Shown here: one piece after another, positions 36,704-50,145 of the stretch | Layout: the number at the start of each line of letters is the position of its first letter | Numbering within the stretch: position 1 is the stretch's first letter | Origin: Camelus dromedarius | Lineage: Eukaryota | Length of the DNA: 64,000 nt | Direction: 5' to 3' | Assembly: GCF_036321535.1 (NCBI RefSeq) | Contig: NC_087447.1 | Location: 51,276,001-51,340,000 of the forward strand | The notes under the pieces: generated by a model | Seen by the model: the letters and a program-made list of their open reading frames with translations, nothing else | Databases searched by the model: none | Told to the model about the DNA's origin: nothing | Position numbers and translations under genes: made by a program

Positions 36704-37364
36704 GAGATGGGATCTAAAGAAAAGGATTTGGGGTCATCTTGTGAATGGAACCATCTGGACCCGGAGACAGACTAGACCAGGCCACATGTTTTAAAGCTAC
36801 AAACTCATTGTCTCTCACTGATGGCAACTATTTCTGCTCTGCTCCTACCCAGTTTATCATTTGTCCTTCCATTTTGTGTTTGTTAACCAGAAGTTTTAAC
36901 TTAGCATATTATCAATTCTATTGATAATCTTTTTTTGTGATATCTTCCATTGCTTTTCTCTTTAGATAACATTTTCCCTTTCCAAAAATATGTCCAATAT
37001 TATATATTACTTTAGTCTTTTATGGCTTTATTTACTTACATTTAACTCCTTATTCCAACCAGAATTCAATTTGGTATATAGTGTGATCACCACTTGTCTC
37101 AACGCTTAGATAAAGCTGACAGGCTAAAAACAACAAGGCAACATTAGACGTGCTTCACAAATTAAAACAATGTTTTGCAATAATGAAATGTAATTTTTTA
37201 CCTTAAAATTTACCAAAGGTTTTTAAAAAAACCTACTAAAGGTGAGCATGAAGGAAAATGGCACCCTTCAAGTGCTATTTTCAACTTACCTATTCTGTTT
37301 AAGAGCCTATAGTTAAATAAATAGCAAACAAGGAAAGAAAAAGGAAATGAAAAAGAGGAAACCT

Positions 37365-37760
37365 ATTGTTTAAAGGAAACTTATATAACCTAATACAAAT
37401 GTGGACCTTCTTTAAATCATGATTCACATAAGCTAACTTAAAAAAAAAGTGAGACAATTGGAAATTAAATACTGACTGTATATTTGATGACAGTGAAGAA
37501 TAATTTTTTATTTTGTTAGGTATAATTGTGGATATTTTTTAAACAAGTTCTTCTCTTTTAGAGATACATACAAAAAGATCTGATGTCTTGGACTTATTTT
37601 AAAATAACACAGTGGTGAGGGAGAGGATAGGATATAAACGAGACAGGATTGGCTGTGAGTTGTTAATTGTTCAAGTTGGGTGATGGGTACATGAGGGTTT
37701 ATCATACTGTCCTTTCTATTTTCACATACATTAATATTTGGATTTTTTCCATAATAAAAT
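37365..37760 (+). mobile_element. L1MC4-like 3' terminus
   Basis: ACTGACTGTATATTTGATGA; GATTGGCTGTGAGTTGTTAATTGTT..GGGTGATGGGTACATGAGGGTTT..TTCCATAATAAAA. Confidence 0.8.
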
Positions 37761-38149
37761 ATGAAAAAAATGGGGCTAAAAAAATATAGTGTCAATGACA
37801 TGGCAAGGAGAATTATTAAATATTTCCAGTTAGGTAATGAAGCTCCCGTTTCTCAGAATGGCACATCTGGGCCAGATAACGGCTTCACCTAAACTGACTG
37901 CACCTTACCAGTGTCCATGGAATTTCAAACAGCAAATCTTTTCTGAGAGCCTTCTGTATGTCACGTCCAATGAGAGAGAGAGGTCCTTCCACTGTGAGGC
38001 AGAAAGAGAAACACAAAGTATCAGTTACAGAAAGAGCATAATGAATCACTGCTCCCATAAAAAGTCCCTAGAGATTCATCTAAAATAAACATATCACTTG
38101 TATAATTTTTAAAATACACTTTTATTAAGAAAAGAATAAAACAATCAGA

Positions 38150-38850
38150 CCATGTCACGTTGCTGTTTAAAACGATCCATGAATTTTCTAATTATCATCA
38201 GGACAAAGCTTCTTAGCCAGACTTACCTCACACCCGCCCCTACCTCCTTTCCCTACCCCATTTCCTGCTCATCCCCACACACTTTAAACTTTATCATAGG
38301 AAAGAACTTGCAGTTCCCAGAACACTACCTTATGGAGTTTATGTTCTCCTGGGGAAGTTTCATTCATTCATTCATCCATCAACAGCACTCACTGATCCCC
38401 TCATCTGGCCCAGCCCTACGCCATGGTCTGTCTCATCAGTACCACCACTGCCTTTCTCTCCCATCAGTCCATTCTTCCAGCCTCATCCTACTTGTCATCT
38501 TCTCTGAGAAACTTTCTTTGAACCACTCAAGCTGAACAAGGTGCCCCTCTTCTGCACTCTCTATAAATGGGGGGCAGCAGGGGAGGAATGGGGACATGCC
38601 TAATTTCTCCCAGTAGACTCTGAGGGCAGGGATAAAACCCTGTTTAGGCACAGTGTGTGGCTTAATGCCTGAGTCATATTAGATCAATAAATGCTTGTTG
38701 AATAAATGAGTGAGTGAATGAATGAATGAAGCTTCCCCACCAGCATGTAAACACACAAAGGCAAGGATTTTTGTTGTTTTGTTCTGCTTTAACCTTAGCA
38801 CCTAAGACAGTACCTGGCATATTAAATATATAGCGAAATAATTAAAGTTA
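38150..38850 (+). mobile_element. L2 fragments
   Basis: ACTCTGAGGGCAGGGA..CAATAAATGCTTGTTGAATAAATGAGTGAGTGAATGAATGAATGAA. Confidence 0.7.
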
Positions 38851-40554
38851 TCTGTTCAAGGGAAACAAACAAGGAGATGTACGTTAAGGCTCACATGCAA
38901 ACTGACCATTTGCTGTGGTCGATCTATTTGTGGATTTGTGGATTAGCAGACGATGTATCCAGGACTAAAAAGGAATTAAAGACAAAAAGTGTTTGGGAGG
39001 TCAAATGCAATGATATGTTTTCCATATTTTATTGATCTGGGAACCCAGATTTAAAACCTATCTTTAAGTCCAAGAAAGACCAGGAAATTTATTTATTTAG
39101 TTGTTTTTATGTGCATTGTTTTAGAAGTCACCAGACAAAATGTTGGTTTTACTTCCCCTAATAAAAAGGCCACATTTTGGGGACTTTAGTAGATTTTCTA
39201 TGTGCCATATTGCCTGTGGATCTAGAGAAATACATGCAGCAATGGGGTAGCACATTTTCTCCAATAGCTGGAACAGCCAGAGCCCAAGGAAAGCCATACA
39301 TCATGAATGACATCACCCTTACTGATCTAACTTCTAAAAGACAATGGAATAATTTTCTCTTGCCCAGACCTTACTACAGTGCTTTGGACCAGCAACTCCA
39401 CAGCGTGATGATGGGAGGGAAGCATGGACAAAGGACGATTGTTGACCTCCCACAGCAGAAGGATGGCTTACAAAGCGATCTTTTCTTAGGAGTTCTGCCT
39501 AGGACTGTTGTACACCACGTGGCAGGTGCTCTTACATAAGTCAGGCCAAATTGGATTCCACTTGCATTTCTTTTCTTTTTGAAACCATCCTTCTCTGGAG
39601 TTGTCCACTCCAAAAGTCACCAGAACAACAGAAGGGAAAAGTGAGATCCTGACTCCCCAGGGATGCGGCAGAATTTCCTTCCCCTTTCTTTACTCATCCA
39701 CCTTTCCACGGCTGCCATCCACCAGGACCTCTTTTGAGAGGAGGTTTTATTTCCCCGATTTCTTTCAGGATCCTGCCTCAAATAATTGTCACTGGCTTTT
39801 TACAAAGAAAACTAGGACTCCCATTTATTTTATCTAATTCAACCCTGGCAACAGCACGCAGTGCATGATCCTCTAACAGGAACACTAGCAGAATGGAGCC
39901 TGACTGTTTTCCATGAGGCTGATTTTTGCTAATCAAACACATTTATTCTCTGAAACACCTTCAGTGCCTGTTGAGAAATAAGTGGTCCAGAAAGGCAGTA
40001 TCTCCCAATATGTAACTTTAAAATGTATAGAAAATAGGTAACATTAAGGTCTTCACATGAAAACAATTCAACAACTTGCAGAGGGGCAGTAGGACCATTT
40101 TGTAGTAGTACCCAGATATAAACTACACACACCCTTCCACCTAAAACTTCTGTTGTAGGATTCTATTTCACAGACATACTCACACCTGGGAGCAAAGGCA
40201 TATGAATGGCATTACTTACTGAATCACATGTAAGAGCCATATGAACTGACAAAAAGAGACGCGCTATATATTGTGATGAGATAAAAGTAAATTGCCAAAC
40301 AATATGTAATATAAGATTCCATTTTTGTTAAAAAAAAAAAAAATAACCCACACTATATGTGTGTAGATGCATATACCTATATAAACATTCAGAGATATAA
40401 AGAAAAAGTCCGGAAAGATACCAACGCTAAACTGTTAACAGTAGATCCTTCCTCTAGAGAGTAAAATTGGGGGAATTTCATTTTTCACTTTATAAATATT
40501 AGCATTATTTAAATTTATTTAAAAAAACTATAAGGGAAATAACTGGATTAAAAT

Positions 40555-40785
40555 AAGGTAGCTAACATTTACAGAGTATTTGTTCTGTGCTGGGTATGTG
40601 ATGGACACTTTGTATAGCACCTCACTTATTCTGTAAACCTTCTGCAGTAGATAATATTATCTCTGTTCACAGGTGAGAAAACAGATTCTGAGAAGTGAGT
40701 AATTTGCCCAAGGTAATAGGATTAGTAAGTAGCGGAGCTGGAATTCAAACCCAGAATTTCCTAACTTCAAGGCCCAAGATCTTCC
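40555..40785 (-). mobile_element. MIR
   Basis: GCTAACATTTACAGAG..CAGGTGAGAAAAC..TTGCCCAAGGT..AGTAAGTAGCGGAGCTGGAATTCAAACCCAG. Confidence 0.8.
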
Positions 40786-40884
40786 CATGGGTCCCAACAA
40801 TGCCATCCCCTGTGACATAGTCTTGGCTCAGTAGATGGCCTTACTAACACTGCCACATGGCTGCTGGAATGCTAGGATTATTCT

Positions 40885-41750
40885 TTAAAACTTTTTATTA
40901 TGGAAATTTTCAAACATACACAAAAGGGGAAGGAACACTATAATGAATTCATGTAACTGTTATCATTGAGTCAACAATTATTAATATTCTGCATCACTGT
41001 TTCATTTACCTCAAGTCCCACTTTTAGGAGGCATTTTAATGCAAATGTAATACATCATATCATTTCACCATAAGCATTTCGATCTCTAAAAATAAGGACT
41101 CAAAAAAAAAAAAAGCCATAATAGTGTGCTATAAATCAACTATACTTCAATAACTAATATAAAGTAAAATAAAATAAACTTTAGGAAAAAAAACTTAATG
41201 GTGTGATAAATACCATTATCACACATAATACAGTTAACACCAATTCCTTAATATCAATACCCAATCCATGTAAATTTCCCTAGATTGTTTCAAAAATATC
41301 TTTTTTTATTTATTCAAATTTTTGTCTCCTTGAATTCTAATTGTCCCCCTCCTTATTTCTTCATACTACTTATTTATTGAAGAAATTGAGTCATTTGTCT
41401 TATAGAATTCCCCATCTTCCTGACTTGATTTCTCATACCCCAGTGGGGTCATTTAACAGGCTTCTCTTTCCTTTATATTTCTCACAACATGGTGGTTAGA
41501 GGCTTGTTAAACTCAGGTTCAGTTCTTTTGGTGAGATTATTTCTCAAGTGGTGATATGATTTCCTACTGCATCTTATCAGGAGGCATTAATGTCCAACTG
41601 TCCCATTTTTAATAAATGCTAAGGGTAAACAGGGGGCTCAGGGGTTGCCAGCCTGATACATCTGTTATGAAGTTCCTCACCAACATTTTACCTAATGGTT
41701 TTAGCAGCCATTGATGATTTTTTGCCTAGATCCATTATTTCATTATGAGC
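40885..41750 (-). mobile_element. L1MC4/5-like 3' end
   Basis: TTTTATTATGGAAATTTTCAAACATACACAAAAG; ends CCTAATGGTTTTAGCAGCCATTGATGA. Confidence 0.75.
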
Positions 41751-42229
41751 TTAGATTCATTTAAAATCCTATAAGACTTAGGTATTTTTAAAAACCACCC
41801 TAAGATCGCAATACTGTATCTTAGCTTTGAAGCAAGGTATCCAAAAAATCTCCTTTTATCTATTATCTATCATACTTTTGTTTGTTTGTTTGTTTTTGGA
41901 TTTTTGTTTACAAGAGTAATTGAGTTTTTAGCCTTATTTTCCTAAGACCATCAGTATTCCACAACCCTCTATGCCCCATGTAGGACCATTTTGCTACTTA
42001 GATTGACATTTTTACTAACCAGTTATTTGGAATTTTTATCTATGCTTCAATTCCCAAATAATTCATTAAAAGTAAGAAGAAAAAGAAAAGATCTCCTGTT
42101 TCTCTATGATAAATGCCACAGTAAGCCAGTTAAACATCTCAATCATTTTCAATTTCACACCCAGGGTAACTACCTTTCACATTACAAAAGGCTGTTAATT
42201 TTAGTGATTTTAAGTCTGTTCTTATTCAT

Positions 42230-42700
42230 TCTACATTCATTGTGGTGTCTTTCCTGAGCCCAGTTTTGAGGCTAAAGAGAAGGCCCAGGCCCTGCCTTCC
42301 AAAGACTCACAATCATCTACATTGATAAAATAAATGTCTAGAAAGTTCCTGGGGTATAGGAAAGAGGCACCCCAGACTCTGAAATCAGGGAAAGCTTCTC
42401 AAAGGAGATCTTTAACTGAGTTTTGAAGGACAAATGGAAAGTAACTAGGGGAAGGGCATTCCAGAAAAAGAAAAGCCATACAAAGGCACAGAGGCAGGAA
42501 AGAATGGGCCCTTTCAGAGCACTGCACATGGTCTTGTATGGCTGGAGAGCAAGTTTTATGAGGAGGGGTAGCTGTGGTGAAGCAGCAGCAGGGCAGGACG
42601 GGAAGAGCCTTGTCTGCCATGCTGAAGAATAAGGAAGTCCCTGACGGACTGTACACAGAAGGGTGACAGAGTCTGATTGCTGCTGTATGTTTTTTCCCTC
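42230..42700 (-). mobile_element. L2 fragment
   Basis: CAGGGAAAGCTTCTCAAAGGAG..CTGAGTTTTGAAGGA..CAAAGGCACAGAGGCAGGAAAG. Confidence 0.7.
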
Positions 42701-42714
42701 GGTAGATTTTTTTT

Positions 42715-42955
42715 TTCTTTTTTCTCTCTAGAGGTGAAAATCACATAACATAAAATTAATCATTTAAAATGAACAACTCAGTTGTCTTTAGCACATTCAC
42801 AGTGCCATATAACCGCTACCTTTACTAGTTCTGAAACATTTTCATCTCCCCAAAAAGAAACCCGTACCCATTAAGCAGTCAGTCCTCATTTCCCCCTTCC
42901 TCCAGCCCTTGGCAACCACCAGTCAGCTTTCTACCTCTGTGGACTTACCTATTCC
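42715..42955 (-). mobile_element. L1MB 3' terminus
   Basis: CACATAACATAAAATTAATCATTT..CCCCAAAAAGAAACCCGTACCCATTAAGCAGTCA..GGCAACCAC. Confidence 0.85.
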
Positions 42956-43899
42956 CTCAGTACATTTTTATTTCTAAAAGTTATAAGGAATATGGATTCA
43001 CTACAGAAGAATCAAAATACAGGTAAGCAAAAGAGGAAGATAAATATTGCTCATAATCTTAGCATCATAAGTAACTTCTGAATGCTATGTATCCTTCTAA
43101 ACAGTTTTCTCTGAGTTTCCTCACCCCATATACTTTACAGGGTCCTGCAACCTTCTGAAGTCTTGCTAATCTTTGAGATACAAAAGAAATCTGTTCAAAT
43201 CTCTGTCCTGTGAACAGAATGAAACCCAAGTCCCTACCTGTACCTCTGAGGGTTCTTGGGGGTTTTGTGGAGGTAGGGGTGGGGATATGTTTCTTTTGAT
43301 TACCACTAGCTCTGATTTTCTGCCTTGATCTCCACTGCCCATTACACCTCCTGGGCACATTGTTCCTTCTCCATTTCCCCAATCCCTCCTCTCCCCAAAA
43401 TATGACCTAAACAAGGTGGTGTGTAGGCAAAATTTTAGGAAAGATTTGCAAGAGAAGATGACTTATTCTGAAGCACAGCTCAGAGAATGACTTGAAACTG
43501 AATATTAGAGAGCAGTTTTTTTAAGACTTCATTGGTCATTCTAATCACTGGAAAATTCTCATTGCCCATCCCTCCAAGTGGCCCTATAGTAGCACCAGCT
43601 ACCCAGCTTCTCTCCCTGAGAAGACAATGAATATTTTTCATTTTCCAAATTCAATTCCCTCTAGTTTTAAACTCCAAAGCAATCATTTCCAATTCCCATT
43701 CTCTTTTGCACAAGGTAACTCAATGCCCCTTTTGCTTTACTCCAAACCATAAAGAGATGTTACGCTGTTAAATCAATAGTCCCTCCCTATCAGAACGCTA
43801 ATGTCAGCTTGTCAAACTAACAACTTCTTTTCCCCTACTGGCTACATTTCCATTATTGTTTTGTTATTTTAAATATCTTTCCCTAAATATCCTCTGACA

Positions 43900-44000
43900 T
43901 CTTTTGGAATGAATGGCTGCATACATCTCCTGTTTTGGAACACTTAGGTTATTTACAATTCTTTATTATTATAAACAGTACCATGTTATATATTGAGGAA

Positions 44001-44033
<33 letters not shown>

Positions 44034-45850
44034 TATATATATAATCTCCTTAATTATTTCTTTGCTATACATTCCTAGTAGTAGCATTCCTAAACTAGAC
44101 AGTAAATCCTGTCTTATGGCTTTTATGGCTACTAGAAGGACTATGTAAGTTTATATACCCAATAAGGCTTGAAAGTGCTTGAATCTTCAAACTGTTGTTA
44201 ATAGTGCATATATTTATCCTTATTTTTTTTCTTTATGGTTTAAATTTGCATTTCTTGTCTAATAGGGAAGTTGAACTTTCATGCTTATTGACCATTTGAG
44301 GTTTTTTTCTCATGTAAAATACCTTTCCTGGTCAGTTGTGTATCTTCATTTTTCTTTTAGTGATGATTTGAAGTTCTTTGTTAAGGATATAAACAGTTGG
44401 TTAAGGATACTCTCTTCCAAAGTCATTTGTCTTTTAACTTTGTTTCCAGTGAATTTTGCTATATAAAAGTCTTATATTTTTATATAGCCACATCTATCAT
44501 CCTTTATGCTTTCAGCTTTTAGTTTCATGTTTAGAAAGTCATTCCTTACTCCAAAGTTTTGTAAGTATTCAGGTGTGTTTTCTTTTACTAACATTAAAAT
44601 TTTTGGAATTTATCTTCTGGAATTTATCTCAGCGTACTGTGTAAGCTTGCATTTGTTTTAACGGTTAGATAATTACCTTAATACTTTCTCCACAGATATG
44701 AGCACTAGCTTATTATATACCAAATTCTTACACGTACCTGGATATATTTGTGAACTTTCTATTTTTTACCTAGAACTTTATTTTAATTACTATATCTTGC
44801 TGGCTTATTTTAATATCCTATAGGAAAAGGTCTTTTCAGTACTATTCTTCCTAAAGATGTGCCTGACCTTCCTCATTTGTTCATTTTTCTAAACAAACTT
44901 TAAAGCAGATTTCACATTCTAAAAAAAATTTCCCAGGTATTTTTATGGGGGTTTTGTTAAAACTGTTAGGCTTAACTTGAGAAAAATTAATACCTTTATA
45001 ATATTAAATCTTCCAATATATTAATGTAGAATGTCTCTCCCTTTATTCAAATCTCCTTTTAGATTTCTTGGTAAAGTTTTGTAGATTTGCATATTTATCA
45101 TTAAGTTTATCACTAGAGGCTTTAATTTTTTTATTGCCATAATATATGGGTTATTTTTTCATTATCTTCTTAACTAATTATTATTGATACATGAGGAAGC
45201 TATTAATTTTTAAATATTTCTGTCATAATTGCCAATCTTTCTGATGTCTCTCATTAGTTCTAATAGTTTTTTAAGTAATGTTATAGCCTCAAATAATGAT
45301 AATTTTGTCTCTTCTTATCAAATATTTATACTTCCATCATTTTTTTCTCATTATTGTATTGATTAGCACTTACAGAAAATTTTAATAATGGTAATGACAC
45401 TCAAATTATTAACTTTCAAAGAATGATTCCAATGTAGTGTTTTATTGCTAAGTATAATACTGGCTGTTGGTTTAAGATCAATATTCCTTAATACAGTAAC
45501 ATATTAATTAAGTTTTTTTTTAGGGGGGGTGGTAATTGGGTTTATTCATTTATTTTTACCGGAGGTACTGGGGATTGAACCCAGGACCTCATGAATGCTA
45601 AGCAGCTTCTCAAGCACTGAGCTATACCATCCCCCCTTAATTAAGATTTTCTTAAATCAAAAATGTGTGCTGATTTTTATCAAAATATTTTGGCATTCTG
45701 TTAAAATGATTATATGATTTATCTCCTTTAATACACTGATGTAATAAATTATATAAAAAGGTACTCTGAACTTTTCTTATATCTGTAGGGTAACCCTGTT
45801 TGGTCATGGTGATTTGTCTTTTAAAGTTATAACTACAGGTTTAGTTTGAA
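43900..45850 (-). mobile_element. Very old L1 (L1ME-like) ORF2 region
   Basis: T-rich antisense L1 with remnants TTTGCATTTCT, AAATCTTCCAAT, TTTGGTCATGGTG. Confidence 0.55.
45513..45636 (-). mobile_element. tRNA-Ala-derived SINE (vic-1 type)
   Basis: GGAGGTACTGGGGATTGAACCCAGGACCTC...CACTGAGCTATACC.TCCCCCC; TSD TTAATTAAG at 45504-45512 and 45637-45645. Confidence 0.9.
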
Positions 45851-46495
45851 AACTGGATTGAAAGGAAGCAAGGTCAAAGGCAGAGAGAACAGTTAGGAAG
45901 AAATAAAACAATGGCAGTGGAAACAGATGAGGTCTGGATCTAAAAGCTATTTAGGATGAAAGATCAAGAGTGACTCATTGGATATGAAATTCGAAGGAAA
46001 GAAAGGAATTCAGGAGAACCACCAGGTTCTTGGTTTGGTGACACTTACCAAGACAGGGCTACAGAAGGAAAAGCAGATTTGGTGGGGATTGGAGGAGAGG
46101 GTAGAGGATGAGCTCAATTCGGGAACTATTAAGTTTGATGTCCTGAGCCGGACACCCAGGTAGAGACAGGTGAGCCATCACATGGATCTGGAGCAGAGAG
46201 GTTTGGTCTGCAGATATTGATTTGGTAATTATCATAGAAGACAGCTAAGTATGGAGAGTGAGAATACAAGAAGAAGGTTGAAAATGGAACCACAAAGACT
46301 ATCTAATTTTAAGAGAAGGAAGAAGGAAGATGTCTCTAAGAAGACATAGCCAGAGAAGTAGGAACAGAACTTATTCTATTAACCAGGAATACAAGAGGAG
46401 GATAGAATATCAGGGAGACAGTGGTCAACAGTGTCAAGTGGAGCAAAGCTTTCCAGTAAGATCAGGGCTAGAAAGTATCTTCAGGACTTGCCAAG
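45850..46495 (-). mobile_element. L2 fragment
   Basis: GGCAGAGAGAACAGTTAGGAAG; GATGAGCTCAATT..TTAAGTTTGA; GTGGTCAACAGTGTCAA. Confidence 0.65.
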
Positions 46496-49400
46496 CCCTC
46501 ACTTGAGACCTCCACCAAAGCAACTGCAGGAGAAAGGTGAGGGTGAAATCTGATTGTGCTGTATATGGTGCACAACCTCACTCCCTTTGACTACTTTCTT
46601 TTTTCCAAAGGCACCACTCACCTCCTGGACTGCTGCTGCCTCTGCTAAATTCCCTGGAGTCAGAACTGAAGCTCCAGACCTGCATGGCCTGCATGCCCTC
46701 CCATCTTCACTGGTTTGCTCCTCCACTCTCAGGACACAAAATGCCATGCCACAGAGCCGCAATGCCACCACAGGGCGTGAAATCTTGCTTCTGGAGCTGG
46801 TGTCAATGGACCAGATGACGCATACAGAAGTCACACAGTAAAAGTACAGGAGCGTTATCTCATGGGTCAAACCTTGACAAATGGGAAACAGGAGACAGGA
46901 GAGAGGTAGACAGATGCACTTTTCTCGTTTTCCCCTTTCATAGACTCTTTCAAGGTTATGATTCCTACCTATAGCCATGACAGAGAAGCACTGTAGCTCA
47001 AAGATCTACTTGATAAATCACCTGGTGTTTCTCATCATGGCTTGCTAGAAGCAGTGCCAGCATGGTAACACATCGTGCTGCATTGGTTGATTTGCTTTTT
47101 CTTCACTTTTACCTTTCTAAATTTGTACCTACCTCCCCCTCCAAAAAATAATCAGCTCTTTAATCTTGATCCCAGGCTCTATGATCTAGAGAATTTGGGT
47201 TAAGACACAGTTGCTAAATCGGTAAATTAAATAGGAGAAAAGACTATTTAATCAACTCTCCATTTGGGATACTTGAGTCAATAGGATCTTTAGAGCATGT
47301 GTTCTATTTTATGAGATTTCAACACGATGAAATGAGAAAGGGAATAAAAATGAGGGCACTGTAACAACATGAATAACAATTAGATTTGAGAAAGGCAGAG
47401 CCAGACCAGGTAGGAAACTGTCCAATGAGAAGATGAAAAGGATATTAAACATTAGTATTAGAGCAGCTGTTGAGCTCATATATTTCCCCAGGTCAGGCCA
47501 TCCAAAGAACACAGCAATCTGGTTTTACCTACAGGTGATCTTCCACAAAACATCTATTTACTTTGCTACAACAGAGCCAGCCTTTAACCCAATTCAACTC
47601 AACAAATAACTACTGATCCCTGTCCTGTGGCAGGCAGTGTCCTGGGCTTTATGGAAGTATGGGAGTTGCTGGGGGAGGCTTCTCAGATGAATAAGACCCA
47701 GATGTATATTGAATATGATATAATCTCAGAGACAGAAATATGACAAAGTACACAAAGAGTATTAATATATAAAGTCACATAAGATTTTCAAAGTACAAAT
47801 TTTATTTGTGCCAAATAAAGATACAAATTAAATTCTAAGAAGGTCAAAGCAAGGAAAAATTGTTAGTGGGAAATAATCAGGAAAAATTTCGTTGATAGAG
47901 GCAATACACTTGTTAAACGTAAGTTTAATAGTTGGCTATGGGGGAAGGATAGGCAGATTATAAGAGTAAAACCAAATTCACAGAGGCAGGAAATAGCTGA
48001 GTTTAACTGTAGAATGACAGACCTTGACAGTTTTGAGGGACAGATCCAAGAACTCTGAGAACCCCCACGTAGTCATAGACCACTATATCATATATTTTCC
48101 CCATTTCCATTATGTATGCATAAAATGTAGCTACAAAACCATCAAGTGACTGGAAGGATGGACCATCAGCTGGGCTCACACATCACCTAAGTGACCTGCT
48201 TCATGTCCATATCCTAGTGCATAAGATCCAAATTTAGGTCTCAGCACAATGATACATGACTGCCTTTTACTCAGTCACAGTCAAACCTCTGCATGTTAAA
48301 TCCATAAATATCAGCCCACTGAAGTTCCATTTGGCTGAAGTGTTGAGCATGAATCAGCCCAGAGAAGAATTCTGCTTGTTTTAAGATAAAAAGAAACACT
48401 TGATAAAGCATGTTTGCACGATCATGTCTAAAGTTTTGTCTTTTTCTCTCCTATCTAAACTCCTAGCTAAAACCAAGAGAAAAATTCATCTGCAGATCAA
48501 GAAGGAGAACTGGACAGGCCCAGCCCTTAACCAGGCCTTGCAGACCTCTGGGGACCATCAGTAAAGTGGCCCATAGTAGCTTCCCCATCCGTCCTGGGTC
48601 TGGGAATGCTGCCAAGTACAAACAAGCCTTAGAGATAATCAAGACCCTAAAGTATTGGCTGGAAAAAATTCTACCTTTGATCACATCTCAGTTTCTCTCT
48701 CCAGATGGCCCTGACAGCCTTTAAGATAAAGAAAAGGAGACTGCAGGAAGAAATAGAATTAAAATTGCACATATGCATTTGCACGCACATACACACACAA
48801 ACCAAAAACAACCAGTAGTCTCCACTGCTTGACGTGCTGCTAGAAGTAGTAGGCACTGAAAGAACAAGAAGCAGCAGTTAGCAAGAAGAACCTGAGTCCA
48901 CAAAGCAAAGCCCCAAAGAGTAACCAGCCAAGTAAGGCTATACTTTTTTTTTTTTTTTTTTTTTTTCAGAAGCTCCTACAGAGGGCTTCGGGCAGCAGGA
49001 GCATGGATTAGAGCGCTAAGGATTTGAAAAGAAAGAAACAACAATTAAACTCAGGGCTGCTCTCCTGTGATACCAATATTGCAAATCTGATATTGATTAA
49101 AAAAAAAATCTCTAAAAGCAAAAAGAAAATGTCCTGCTTACTAGAAAAATATTTTCCTGTCCTCTGGAGTGTGTAACACATTGAATAATAGATACTACAA
49201 AAAAGAGTTAGAGCCATGTTTAAGCAGACTGTTTAAATACTGAATTAAAGAGAGAACATTTCTTCTCAGTAATCCCTGCACATCATTTCTAAAGGCCCTA
49301 AAATATACTGAAAACTCATAGACTATTAGATAGCTATTAAATGTGATCATTAGGAAAACTACATAGAAACATGGGTAAATAAATGATCCCTAAATAAGGT

Positions 49401-49924
49401 TGAATGAGAAAAATCAAAATATAAAGCAGCTGGAATTATAATAATGGCCTACATTCATTAAGGATTAAAATTGTAAAATATATATACATATGGGTATGAA
49501 TTAGAATGGAAATAGTTGTATTAGGATATGAGACTTGGAGTGATCTTTATTTTCTTAAAAATTTTCTTTGATATTATCATAGCAATTTATCAATTAAAAT
49601 AGATATTGTCAAAGAGCTAATCCTAGAGGAAAAACGAACTGATGAATACCCAAATTATAGCTATTGATTTTCATATGCTTTGTCATGTGTCCAAGTTTAC
49701 AATGGAAAAGCACTGGGAGGAAATTTGACTTCCACAGAAAACAACAAAGAAATCACTCTCAAAACTTGAAATTTAAAAAAAACAACAGAGAAAATGAGGG
49801 GTTTGGGTTTGAAAGCTTGAAAAGAAAACTTAATTTAAAGCAGTGTTCACTTCTGACACATGACTTGAAGGGACCATGATGTCCCTTCAGCTGTCCTAGG
49901 GATTTCCATGTGACACCCACAGTG

Positions 49925-50145
49925 CGGCAGGGAGCTCTGTATCCAGGGTCCAGCTATGCTGTGTACTAGCTACGAGTCTTTGGTCAAGTTATTTAGGTTC
50001 CCTAAGCCTCAGCTTCTTCCTTTTTAAAATGGAGATATAGATAACTCACTTTATAAGATGGTGGTAAGACTTAACATAGAGCAAGTAAAACAAGCACCCA
50101 ACACCTTGCCTAGTAGGCAGTCCAGGTTCAGTAAATGCTAGTTCC
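49925..50145 (+). mobile_element. MIR
   Basis: TTGGTCAAGTTATTTA..AAGCCTCAGCTTCTTCC..TAAAATGG..CAGTAAATGCTAG. Confidence 0.7.

Noticed and set aside
39177..39613. Overlapping 120-aa (+) and 79-aa (-) ORFs
   Set aside because: Both have non-ATG starts and no similarity to a protein I recognise; kept only as a regulatory or non-coding exon candidate.
46499..46978. 159-aa minus-strand ORF as a protein-coding gene
   Set aside because: No recognisable domain; runs through splice-like signals and probable decayed LTR sequence.
48944..48966. Poly(T) as the tail of a processed pseudogene
   Set aside because: No adjacent recognisable mRNA body or TSD.
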